A DNA stretch of 26,214 bases from assembly GCA_964632315.1 (NCBI GenBank), contig CAZWEM010000040.1, forward strand, positions 9,405-35,618, read 5' to 3'. Source of the stretch: an uncultured archaeon. GTDB lineage: Archaea; Asgardarchaeota; Lokiarchaeia; Sigyniarchaeales; SOKP01. Below the pieces are notes generated by a model. The model saw only the letters and a program-made list of their open reading frames with translations. It did not search any database and was not told the origin of the DNA. Each line of letters begins with the position of its first letter. The stretch's first letter is position 1. Below are positions 1 through 8,787 of the stretch, piece after piece. The translations under genes were made by a program, and so were the position numbers.

Positions 1-134
1 GTTAATAAAAAAAATCCAAAAGTGATGGTATAACGTGTTCCAATTGCTCCTAAAGATAAAGCAATTAAGCCTAGTGAGGCACCCGTTAAAGTGACATAAT
101 CTTTTAATTTTAATAGTTTAAATATTGTTGACAT
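1..134 (-). CDS. Partial (N-terminus only) CDP-alcohol phosphatidyltransferase, archaetidylserine synthase (PssA)-like; runs off the window start
   Basis: Manual translation from ATG at 134 (alternative ATG at 143): MSTIFKLLKLKDYVTLTGASLGLIALSLGAIGTRYTITFGFFLL. The 'KLLKxxDYVTL' start followed by hydrophobic helices resembles archaeal PssA N-termini. The diagnostic DxxDGxxAR motif would lie outside the window. Confidence 0.55.
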   Translation of the reverse strand, partial: MSTIFKLLKLKDYVTLTGASLGLIALSLGAIGTRYTITFGFFLL

Positions 135-292
135 TTCATGCATTTGACATATATTTAATGAGTTAAATCTTGAATAGTTTAAAATATTTCCTTAATGAAA
201 AAGATGGACTCCTTATAGCTTAAATTTATTAAATAATTTAGACTAATAAAAAATAGAATAAATGAAATTTACAGAAAAGTAGGGTCAAATTC

Positions 293-1078
293 ATGAATTA
301 TTGTAAAGAATGTGGAGCAAAAGTGACTGAAGATCAAAGGTTTTGTGAACAATGTGGGGCGGAATTAATAGAGCTTAAAGAAGAAAAAAAAGATTCGGGG
401 GAAAAACCTGAAAATGTCCCGATTCAGCCTGGAGGATTATTTGATCTCAGCCGGAATTATTATTTAATCCATGAAAAAGCTTGGGATCTAGGTTTTGGTG
501 AAATTTACGATGAAAAAGGTAACCAAATCGGAAGAATGAATCGAATCATATTCAGCATTAGGAGAAGAGTAGAGTTACAGGAAATGGATGGGACTGTAAT
601 GGCGACTATTCATAGTAAAATCATTTCCGCACGTGGAGCTCAAGATCTAAAAGACGCACAGGGAAATCACATCGCGAGAATAAAAAGGAAAATATTAACT
701 TTTTTTAAGCAAAAGTTTTTCCTCGAAGAACCCGTTACAAAAACTCGTTGGTATGAAGCTGAGGGTGATTTTATGGGGTGGAGTTTCCGCATTTTCTCAG
801 TACCCGATAGAAAGTTGGTTGCAGAGATAGAAAAAGCTGATAGGTGGAGAGATGTTTTTTTGGGTGGAATATTTGACTATGCTGATAAATATGCTTTAAG
901 AATACAGGATAATGAAACTGATAGACGTATTTTACTCGGTTTCGTGCTTTCGATAGATAATGTATTGCATGATAATGCAGGTATGGGCCCTATGATGGGT
1001 CCAGTTTCTATGAGAAGAAGAATACCTGGAAGATCGGGTCTACCATTTGGTAGGATGCGCCCTCGGGGTCGCTGGTAA
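293..1078 (+). CDS. Zinc-ribbon plus LURP-one/scramblase (Tubby C-terminal-like) domain protein
   Basis: N-terminal CxxC...CxxC (CKECG/CEQCG), then a repeated beta pattern (IYDEKGNQIG, LQEMDGTVMA, LKDAQGNHIARIKRK), 'EGDFMGWSF', 'DKYALRI' and a terminal hydrophobic helix 'RILLGFVLSID', typical of the LURP-one family. Confidence 0.8.
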   Translation: MNYCKECGAKVTEDQRFCEQCGAELIELKEEKKDSGEKPENVPIQPGGLFDLSRNYYLIHEKAWDLGFGEIYDEKGNQIGRMNRIIFSIRRRVELQEMDGTVMATIHSKIISARGAQDLKDAQGNHIARIKRKILTFFKQKFFLEEPVTKTRWYEAEGDFMGWSFRIFSVPDRKLVAEIEKADRWRDVFLGGIFDYADKYALRIQDNETDRRILLGFVLSIDNVLHDNAGMGPMMGPVSMRRRIPGRSGLPFGRMRPRGRW

Positions 1079-1257
1079 CAAATAAAATTAAATAATATAA
1101 TTATTACCCTCTCTCATCAACTTAGTCATAATTATTTTTCCTAATTCAAAACTTTTTTATTAGCGAAATTTATTATGATGATAGAAAGACGATTTTGTGT
1201 TACTTCTTCTAACAAATAAAAAAGTTAGAAAGGCTAGTTAAAACGTGGAGAAAGCTC

Positions 1258-2157
1258 ATGAGTGAAGTTTATGAAGAATTTATGGTTTTTGAATTAAAGG
1301 ATTCTGGAGAACGGAGTAAATTAAAGATAAATCAAGATGATCTTCAAAATTATTTGCATTCGGAACAAGTATTGATAATCGTACGAGAGGATTTAAGGAG
1401 AATTTTTATATGGAAAGGAGCAAAATCACCCGTCAGAAAGCGGTTTATCAGTTCGAGAGTAGCTCAAAATATTCAAAAAGAGCTTGTTGATAATTCACGA
1501 TTTCATAGGTGTAAAATAGTTTCAATTGATCAAGGGGATGAACTCCAAGAATTCTTGAATGTCTTTAAACTCGAGTCAATGGAAGTTACTGAAAGACTCC
1601 CTGATATGAGATATGTGCGTAACATTGAGAGAGAGAAAATGGAAAGCATAAAAAATAAAGAGAAATCATACATGCATTCTCAAGGGGAGAATGAAGAATA
1701 TTTTTCTCCAGCTTTAGCTGATTTAAGTAATCAAGTAGTCAGATCATCAATATCTTCTCTAAGCATGCCAAAAGAAAGCAAAAAACACTCTTCATTTGGT
1801 TTATCAGAGGAGGAAAAAGAAAAGATTAAGAAAAAAATTCTTCAAATATCCGTTCCAGATGAGTTTGACAGACAAAATTTAATCATGGGACATGAATTGT
1901 ATGGAGCTGTATCTAAAGTAAGCGAAGTTTTTGGTAAAAATGTTGAAGAAGTCAAGTGGGAAAAAGTTAATAAATTACCTAAAGGAGTAATTGAACTGGA
2001 AGAACATAATTTTAGGGTATATCTTGATCAAAAAAAAGGCATTGTTGAAGCAGTTGAGGTTTTAAAGAAAAAGAATGGTTTGGCAAAAGAAGAATCAAAC
2101 TCAAAGATTCAAAAAAGAAGAGCACTTCCCAAAATCCCAAGTAATGAAAAAGAATAA
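1258..2157 (+). CDS. Single gelsolin-like domain protein with C-terminal domain of unknown function
   Basis: 'LHSEQVLIIV...IFIWKGAKSPVRKR...A...IVSIDQGDELQEFLNVF' matches the gelsolin repeat pattern (L.S.D.FIL...I.VW.G..S...ER..A...V.QG.E...F...F). Confidence 0.75.
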   Translation: MSEVYEEFMVFELKDSGERSKLKINQDDLQNYLHSEQVLIIVREDLRRIFIWKGAKSPVRKRFISSRVAQNIQKELVDNSRFHRCKIVSIDQGDELQEFLNVFKLESMEVTERLPDMRYVRNIEREKMESIKNKEKSYMHSQGENEEYFSPALADLSNQVVRSSISSLSMPKESKKHSSFGLSEEEKEKIKKKILQISVPDEFDRQNLIMGHELYGAVSKVSEVFGKNVEEVKWEKVNKLPKGVIELEEHNFRVYLDQKKGIVEAVEVLKKKNGLAKEESNSKIQKRRALPKIPSNEKE

Positions 2158-2160
2158 TTT

Positions 2161-2892
2161 TTATAAACGATAATAATCCTCTTCCTTGTTTTCATCAGCT
2201 TTTTCTTCAGAGGATTCAACAGAGTCAAGGTGGTCTTTCTCGGGTTCGTCTTTTTGGTTTTTTTTCTCATTTTCTTGTAAATCTTCAGATGGAGCTTCAA
2301 GATCCATTATTGGAATTTCCTCTGCATCTGGAACATGCTTAACGACTCTCTCTGGTTTCTCTTCCAATGGTTCGCGTTTTTTAATCATTTTCTTAATGTT
2401 TTTCAATCCATCAATAGCTTTTTTTCTTACGATGGGACTTTTATCTTTTAAAGCTTTCGCGAACACATCAAGAGAATGTGGATGGTGAAATTTTCCTAAT
2501 TCATCTGCAGCTTCACTTCGAACATCCTCGTTGGGATCATTTAAAAGTATGTAAGATAAGACACCTAAAACTTCATATTCTCCAAATTCTGCTAAAGATG
2601 CCACGGCTTCCTTTCTTACCTCTGGGGAGGGATCTGAGATAGCCGTATCTGCTAAGGTCTTAGTTACTTCATCTGATTTTCCAATTGGAGCGAGAGAACT
2701 TAGATCAGAGCCACAAAATTTGCAGAAATTGTGAGAGATTTTAATTATTTTTCCACAAGCAGGACATATCCTATGTTCATTGAAGTCTAAAGGGGCACGG
2801 GGGGAAAAAGATTCCTCTCTTAGGTTTGATTGCTCTTTTCGAACTTTATAAGGATTGTTGTTTGGATTTTGATAATAATCTCGATTACTCAT
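2161..2892 (-). CDS. Zinc-ribbon plus HEAT-repeat (PBS lyase-type) protein with acidic tail
   Basis: CPACG...CKFCG; three repeats DPSPEVRKEAVASL, DPNEDVRSEAADEL and DKSPIVRKKAIDGL; E/D/K-rich C-terminus. Confidence 0.85.
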   Translation of the reverse strand: MSNRDYYQNPNNNPYKVRKEQSNLREESFSPRAPLDFNEHRICPACGKIIKISHNFCKFCGSDLSSLAPIGKSDEVTKTLADTAISDPSPEVRKEAVASLAEFGEYEVLGVLSYILLNDPNEDVRSEAADELGKFHHPHSLDVFAKALKDKSPIVRKKAIDGLKNIKKMIKKREPLEEKPERVVKHVPDAEEIPIMDLEAPSEDLQENEKKNQKDEPEKDHLDSVESSEEKADENKEEDYYRL

Positions 2893-3006
2893 GATAATTT
2901 ATCTTATTGTTTTGAATCATTTCCTTATGATCTAAATAACTAAAACATTTAATATAATTATTGTAGTCCAGTATTTAATTATAAAAAGAAAAAATAAATA
3001 GATAAT

Positions 3007-4068
3007 TTAAGCAATATCAATTTCTTTGCATAAATAAACGTCTTGCACTGCATTTAAGATTTTAATACCGTCTGGAGTTGGCTTTTTAAAGGCTTTTCTA
3101 CCGAGAATTAAACCTGTTCCACCAGATCGTTTATTGATCACGGCTGCTTTTACTGCGTCTTGAAGATCATTTCCACCAGATTCTCCTCCCGAATTAATGA
3201 GTCCAACTCTACCCATATAACAATTTGCCACCTGATATCGATTCCATTCTAAGGGATGATCAGTTGCCAATTTATCATATACTAATTTATCGGTTTTTCC
3301 AAAGTTCAAATCTAAGAAGCCTCTACTAAGTGTTGATATTTTTTGTTTTACAATATCAGCTTCAATGGTGACTCCCAGATGATTAGCTTGACTCTCCAAA
3401 TCATTGGCTGTATGATAATCTTTACCACCACGTACGAATTCATCCTGATTTCTTAAATAACACCATAAAACACATACTAAACCTAATTCATGAGCAAATC
3501 TAAAGGCTTCTGAAGTTTCTTTTATTTGTCGTCTAGATTCTTGCGAACCGAAATATATCGTGGAACCAACTGCGGCAGCACCCATTTCGAATGCTTGTTC
3601 AACACTCGCAAACATCGTTTGATCAGAAAGAGGAGGTTTAGTGAGAAGTTCATTATGATTTAATTTTACAATAAAAGGTAGTTTCCTCGCATATCTTCTA
3701 CTCATTGACCCAAGCACACCTAAAGTGGATGCTAATCCATTACATCCCCCATCTATAGCTAATTTAATGATGTTTTCAGGATCAAAATAACTGGGGTTTT
3801 TAGCAAAACTTGCTGATGCACTATGTTCAATACCTTGATCAACTGGCAAAATTGAGACGTAACCAGTTCCAGCTAATCGACCTCTTTGGTTAAAAAGGCG
3901 ATGCATATTATTTAAGACCATATTGTTGCGATCACTATGCTCCATAGTCCGCTCGATGAAATCTGGTCCAGGTACATGAATCATATCTTTGGGTATACCA
4001 GTACAAGTGTGATTAAGCAGATCTTCTGCTTCTTTTCCTAAAATATTTTTTATATCATTAAAATCCAT
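3007..4068 (-). CDS. fbaB: Class I fructose-bisphosphate aldolase (DhnA/FbaB type)
   Basis: [35 protein letters not shown], Schiff-base Lys in [26 protein letters not shown]. Start placed at ATG 4068 (MDFNDIK) rather than the ORF-track start 4134. Confidence 0.95.
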   Translation of the reverse strand: MDFNDIKNILGKEAEDLLNHTCTGIPKDMIHVPGPDFIERTMEHSDRNNMVLNNMHRLFNQRGRLAGTGYVSILPVDQGIEHSASASFAKNPSYFDPENIIKLAIDGGCNGLASTLGVLGSMSRRYARKLPFIVKLNHNELLTKPPLSDQTMFASVEQAFEMGAAAVGSTIYFGSQESRRQIKETSEAFRFAHELGLVCVLWCYLRNQDEFVRGGKDYHTANDLESQANHLGVTIEADIVKQKISTLSRGFLDLNFGKTDKLVYDKLATDHPLEWNRYQVANCYMGRVGLINSGGESGGNDLQDAVKAAVINKRSGGTGLILGRKAFKKPTPDGIKILNAVQDVYLCKEIDIA

Positions 4069-4211
4069 GTGATACTTTATTCGTTCTTTGGTTATAACTA
4101 TGATGCTTAAAATTTTTATGAAATATAGTCTCAAACTTTTTTGCTCATTTTACAATAGCTTAATCAGAATTTAAGTAATTTACAAATATTAATTTGCGAA
4201 AGTGAAAAATA

Positions 4212-4469
4212 ATGCCAGATCATGCAACTTATCTCAAGGCAGTAAATAACCCAGTAAGAAAGGCAATGTTGATAGCAATAAATGAAGTCACAAAGATCAC
4301 TCGAAAAGATTTGTTGACTAAATTACAAGAAAGCAATGTTTTAAACAATGAAGACATGTTTGATTATCATATGAACTTTTTGATTCAAACAGAATGTGTA
4401 AAAAAGCTAGACAATAACGGGTCGGAATATGAAATTTTGCCTGCTGGAAAAGTAGTTGAAAAATATTAA
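4212..4469 (+). CDS. Small winged helix-turn-helix (ArsR-like) protein
   Basis: YLKAVNNPVRKAML (ArsR-like A..P.R..IL helix), YHMNFL recognition helix, YEILPAG wing. Confidence 0.75.
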   Translation: MPDHATYLKAVNNPVRKAMLIAINEVTKITRKDLLTKLQESNVLNNEDMFDYHMNFLIQTECVKKLDNNGSEYEILPAGKVVEKY

Positions 4470-4510
4470 TCTTTTTTTCTTTTTAATCATTATATCATTT
4501 TTGTATATCA

Positions 4511-4852
4511 ATGCCAGACGAACACGATTTTAAGGATTATAAATCCATTGAAGAATTTAGTAAGACTATCGAGGGGACAAATTATTATCACTCTCTTTAT
4601 ATGAAAGCAGTATCCCATCCTATAAGGAGAAGGATCTTAAAAATTATTTTTAACCAGAAATCGATTGAGTATCATAAATTACTGAGTATTCTTATTAAAG
4701 AGAGGATTATCTCCGACGAAGAGGTTTTAAAATATAATCTCAATTACTTAATCAAAGCTTTATGCATTAAAGAGGTAACTAATAACCATAATGGAGAAAA
4801 ATATTACATGATCACTCAGAGTGGAGAAGTAGTTGATTTTTTAGAGAGATAG
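4511..4852 (+). CDS. Small winged helix-turn-helix (ArsR-like) protein, paralogue of the upstream gene
   Basis: YMKAVSHPIRRRIL, YNLNYL, YMITQSGEVV. Confidence 0.8.
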   Translation: MPDEHDFKDYKSIEEFSKTIEGTNYYHSLYMKAVSHPIRRRILKIIFNQKSIEYHKLLSILIKERIISDEEVLKYNLNYLIKALCIKEVTNNHNGEKYYMITQSGEVVDFLER

Positions 4853-4863
4853 GAAGTCAACAT

Positions 4864-6150
4864 TCAATTTTTAAAATTAAAGCTTTTTTCTTTACTGTTA
4901 AATAAATCTTCCTTTTTTTTACCAGTGATCCTTCTTATTTTCATTATTTTTGAAGAAGAGAAGTATTCAAAATCGAATTCGACATCATCACCTGCTTTTT
5001 TTCCTATTACGGGCATTAGTCTTGCTGTTAATGGTTTATTTAATCGAATTGCTATGGTACATACATCCAATAAAATATAAAATAGTTCTTGCTCAGTTAT
5101 ATCACCAGGTAAAGGAACACAATCTAAACCTGTACCACACATAGTCGAATATAGCAGTAGTGTATCTAAATTAATTTTTTCCTCTGCTAAACTTCTTGCG
5201 ATTGTAAAATCTTCCAATACTGGAGGCATAAATCCAGAAAAGCCAATTATGTTTTTTTGGTGAGGAATCGCATTTTTAATTATCGCTACACCTAATAAGG
5301 ACCCTGGGGAACCAAAATATTCGTAATTTAACCTTTCAAATGCGGTTCCAATACTTTGATTGACTGTTGGAAAAGGCGCGGGTGAAAAATCCATACCGTG
5401 AAAATTTAAATCAAATTTCGAAGCTAAATCCGTACAAATTTCGTTTAATAAAGAATAAATTTGAATAAATCGCTCTCGTAATCTTTCTTGGGCACTTTTA
5501 AAACTCTGTGTTGCTTCAAAGACTTTTACTACCTCATCAGCCATCTCAAGTGCTAAAGAAAAACAAGGTAATTCGTCAAGATGAAATGAAGCGGGAAAAA
5601 AAGGAATATCTGGTTTTACGTTAGCACTAACACAGAAATTTAAATTCTTAAATGGGTCAGGATTAGAAAGTTGTTTAATAATTTTAGCACTTGACCGCAA
5701 AGCTGATAAATTAATTCCATTTTCATGAGATGCAACAGGTATAGATGTGAATAAACTTTTTCTCCGTTTAATAAAACTAGGAACTTCATTAAGAAATAAT
5801 TTTTCATATATCCCGTATTTTTCAATTTGTTGGTCCGCTAATACAGTACAGCACGCAAAATAGTTAAAATCGTAATTTTCGATATACCTCTCGATAAGTG
5901 CAAATTCATCATGAAGTTGAAGAATTGTCTGATTAAGATTATGTTGATAGACTTGTTGTTCATAAGACAGAATAGGTTGGGTACTCAATCTTTTTGATTG
6001 TACTTCAATATCAACATTATTTAAAGCTTCTTCTAATTCTTGATTAAACAGCTTAAATTTGCTTAATTTTTCTCTTAAGAAGTTCTCAAGAACAATGTTT
6101 TTAGATAAAAAAGGTATATTCTGCCCAATGGTAATTGCTCTTACTTTCAT
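4864..6150 (-). CDS. DUF711 family protein (PFL-like fold, function unknown)
   Basis: MKVRAITIG start (ATG 6150), PFFPASFH, GMDFSPAP, GFSGFMPPVLED, LLLYSTMCGTGLDCVPLPGD, NKPLTARLMPV. Confidence 0.9.
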   Translation of the reverse strand: MKVRAITIGQNIPFLSKNIVLENFLREKLSKFKLFNQELEEALNNVDIEVQSKRLSTQPILSYEQQVYQHNLNQTILQLHDEFALIERYIENYDFNYFACCTVLADQQIEKYGIYEKLFLNEVPSFIKRRKSLFTSIPVASHENGINLSALRSSAKIIKQLSNPDPFKNLNFCVSANVKPDIPFFPASFHLDELPCFSLALEMADEVVKVFEATQSFKSAQERLRERFIQIYSLLNEICTDLASKFDLNFHGMDFSPAPFPTVNQSIGTAFERLNYEYFGSPGSLLGVAIIKNAIPHQKNIIGFSGFMPPVLEDFTIARSLAEEKINLDTLLLYSTMCGTGLDCVPLPGDITEQELFYILLDVCTIAIRLNKPLTARLMPVIGKKAGDDVEFDFEYFSSSKIMKIRRITGKKKEDLFNSKEKSFNFKN

Positions 6151-6226
6151 TGTGATACTCAAAATTTATATGAGTTTAAAAAGATCTTAAAAGAGAATAA
6201 AGTATTTGTATTTTAAAGGTTTTTTC

Positions 6227-8623
6227 TTAGAGCTCATCTAATTTTGCTTTTTGTGTGATTTTTTCTTCCTTCACGACAGGTTTTATATACTCCCCAGGTT
6301 TGATTGGTCCCATAGTTTCAAGTAAAGATTTAAACTCGGTTATAGTTTGTGCATACTTTTCTCCTTCACCAGCAGAGATACTAACAATTCTTAGACGATT
6401 CTCGTTAATTCCTGCTTCTGCTAGCATTTCCTTTATACTTTCATATCTGGTTTTAGCTTTTATGAAGCCCCGATCATAATGACAATCTTGTTCATGACAT
6501 CCTGCTATTAAAACTCCGTCAGCACCCAAAAAGAACGCTTCAAATACTAAAGAAGGGTTAAGCATCGCAGTACACATAACATGAATCGATCTTACATTTG
6601 AAGGATAACTAATTTTGCTGGTTCCTGCTAAATCCGCTCCTAAATATGAACACCAATTGCATAAGAAAGCAACTATCAATGGTGAATCCTTCTTTTCTTT
6701 TGCTAAAATACTTTTCAGTTGGACAGATATTTGTTCTTTCTTAAATCCTGGCACGTATAAAGCATCTTCGGGGCACATAGCAGCACATGCTCCACACCCT
6801 ACACAATTAAGTTGAGTTAAATTTAATTTTTGATTTTTAATTTCAATAGCATTAAAATCACAAACATTTTCACATAATCGGCATAAAGTGCATTTTTCTT
6901 CATCAAAGTAAACGATATGAGGATCTAATTCCACTTTGCGCTTTGATATCAATGCAATAGCTTTTGCAGCCGCACTTTCCGCTTGAGCGATACTGCTTGG
7001 TATATCCTTGGGGCCTTGAATCATTCCCGCTAAGTATATTCCATTAACGGATGTTTCAGAGGGTTTTACCTTCAAGTGTTTTTCAAGTAAGAACCCATTT
7101 TGATCGAGAGAAATGTTTAATTTCTGGCTCAATTCATCAGTACCTTCAGCAGGTTCAGCTCCAACAGCCAACACAACTAAATCGGTTTTGTTTTCAAATA
7201 ATGCATCTTCAATTATATCCTCACCACGCACGATTAAGTCATCAGAAGTATCGCTTTTAAGGATTGAAGAAATATTGCTTTTAATAAAATGTATTCCAAA
7301 AACCTCTCGAGCGCGATTATAAAATTCCTCACAATTTTTACCCACTGCTCTAATGTCATTATAATAAATGTTAATCTGGGTATCTGGATTCTCTTTTTTT
7401 ATGAGCACTGCTTGCTTGATCGAAGCATTGCAGCAAACTTGTGAACAATATTCTCTATGAATTTGCTTATTACGTGAACCTACACATAAAATAAAAGAGA
7501 TTTTTTTAGGAGGGTTCCCATTTGATGGCCTTACAACTTTTCCTTTTGTTGGCCCATCATTGTTTAATAAACGCTCCATTTGCATGGTAGTAATGACATC
7601 TAAGTATTTCTGATAATTTAATTCACCTAATAATGAGGGATCGAAAGTTTCAAATCCCGTAGCAACGATAATTGAGCCAAATTTTCGTGAAATTATTTCA
7701 GGTTTTTGATCAAAATCAATAGCATCTCTGTCGCATGCTTGAGCACAAGCTTTACATCCAATACAATACTCTTCTAATATATTCGGAAATAGGGGAATAG
7801 CTTGAGGATAAGGAATATCTATTGCTTTTCTAGGATAAAATGTTTCGTTCACGTCAATAGGGCATACCTCACGACAGATATCTATACATCCCACGCAATC
7901 TTCTTCCACGATAAATCTTGGCTTTTTTTTAATTTTTACTTCAAAATTACCAACATAACCCTTTACCTCCTCTATTTCTGAATAAGTAAGGAGTTCAATA
8001 TTTTCATGGTCGTTAACTTCTGCCATTAATGGTCCTAGAATGCAAATACTACAATCAAGTGTAGGAAATGTTTTATCAAATAATGCCATTTTTCCTCCAA
8101 TCGTTGCATCTCTCTCAACTAAAGTAACTTTATATCCTGCATTAGCAATTATCATGGCAGCTTTTATTCCAGCTATACCACCTCCAATAATTAAAGTTGA
8201 AGGGTTAACTTTCGCATATTGTTCTTCTAAAGGTTGCAGTAATTTTACTCGTTCTATTGCCATATTTATTTGATCAATAGCCTTTTTAGTAGCTTTAGTT
8301 GGTTCATCGGGATGCACCCATGAATTTTGTTCCCGAATATTAGCAAAAGATATTAGAAATTTATTTATTCCCGCTTTTTCAATCGTTCTCTGAAACAGAG
8401 AACCGTGTAGTTTGAACGAACAAGCCGCAATTACTACACGATCAATTTCTTTTTCTTTGACTTCATCTATTATCTTACTTACACCAAGTTCAGAACAGAG
8501 ATATTGATCACTAAAAACTTCAATCTCGGGATTATTTTTCTTGTAAAATTCCTGAATCATTTCATTATCAATAACACCAGAAATATTCTTCCCACAATCA
8601 CACACAAATAATCCAATTTTCAT
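6227..8623 (-). CDS. hdrA: Heterodisulfide reductase subunit A fused to a C-terminal MvhD (hydrogenase delta) domain
   Basis: FVCDCGKNI, AACS, NIREQNSWVH; FAD motif GGGIAG; DKTFPTLDCSICIL; two ferredoxin pairs; CVGSR...YCSQVCC; GPKDIP; MvhD motifs FLCNWCSYLGAD and GADGVLIAGCHEQDCHY. Start at ATG 8623. Confidence 0.95.
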   Translation of the reverse strand: MKIGLFVCDCGKNISGVIDNEMIQEFYKKNNPEIEVFSDQYLCSELGVSKIIDEVKEKEIDRVVIAACSFKLHGSLFQRTIEKAGINKFLISFANIREQNSWVHPDEPTKATKKAIDQINMAIERVKLLQPLEEQYAKVNPSTLIIGGGIAGIKAAMIIANAGYKVTLVERDATIGGKMALFDKTFPTLDCSICILGPLMAEVNDHENIELLTYSEIEEVKGYVGNFEVKIKKKPRFIVEEDCVGCIDICREVCPIDVNETFYPRKAIDIPYPQAIPLFPNILEEYCIGCKACAQACDRDAIDFDQKPEIISRKFGSIIVATGFETFDPSLLGELNYQKYLDVITTMQMERLLNNDGPTKGKVVRPSNGNPPKKISFILCVGSRNKQIHREYCSQVCCNASIKQAVLIKKENPDTQINIYYNDIRAVGKNCEEFYNRAREVFGIHFIKSNISSILKSDTSDDLIVRGEDIIEDALFENKTDLVVLAVGAEPAEGTDELSQKLNISLDQNGFLLEKHLKVKPSETSVNGIYLAGMIQGPKDIPSSIAQAESAAAKAIALISKRKVELDPHIVYFDEEKCTLCRLCENVCDFNAIEIKNQKLNLTQLNCVGCGACAAMCPEDALYVPGFKKEQISVQLKSILAKEKKDSPLIVAFLCNWCSYLGADLAGTSKISYPSNVRSIHVMCTAMLNPSLVFEAFFLGADGVLIAGCHEQDCHYDRGFIKAKTRYESIKEMLAEAGINENRLRIVSISAGEGEKYAQTITEFKSLLETMGPIKPGEYIKPVVKEEKITQKAKLDEL

Positions 8624-8787
8624 TGCTTTCCTCAAGTTCAATTCAAATAAGGATTAAATAATATTTGATAATCTTAAGATATGATAATTACTAATTAAAA
8701 ATAATCTTAACTCTTACCAAAAATAAAAAATTTGTAAAACCAAGGAAACTAGATTAATTATTCTGATGAGCATATCATATAGATTTA

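Noticed and set aside
6227-8623. Possible selenocysteine HdrA/MvhD, as known in Lokiarchaeia
   Set aside because: The frame is uninterrupted and the relevant motifs (DCSIC, CNWC, GCHEQDC) are Cys-encoded.
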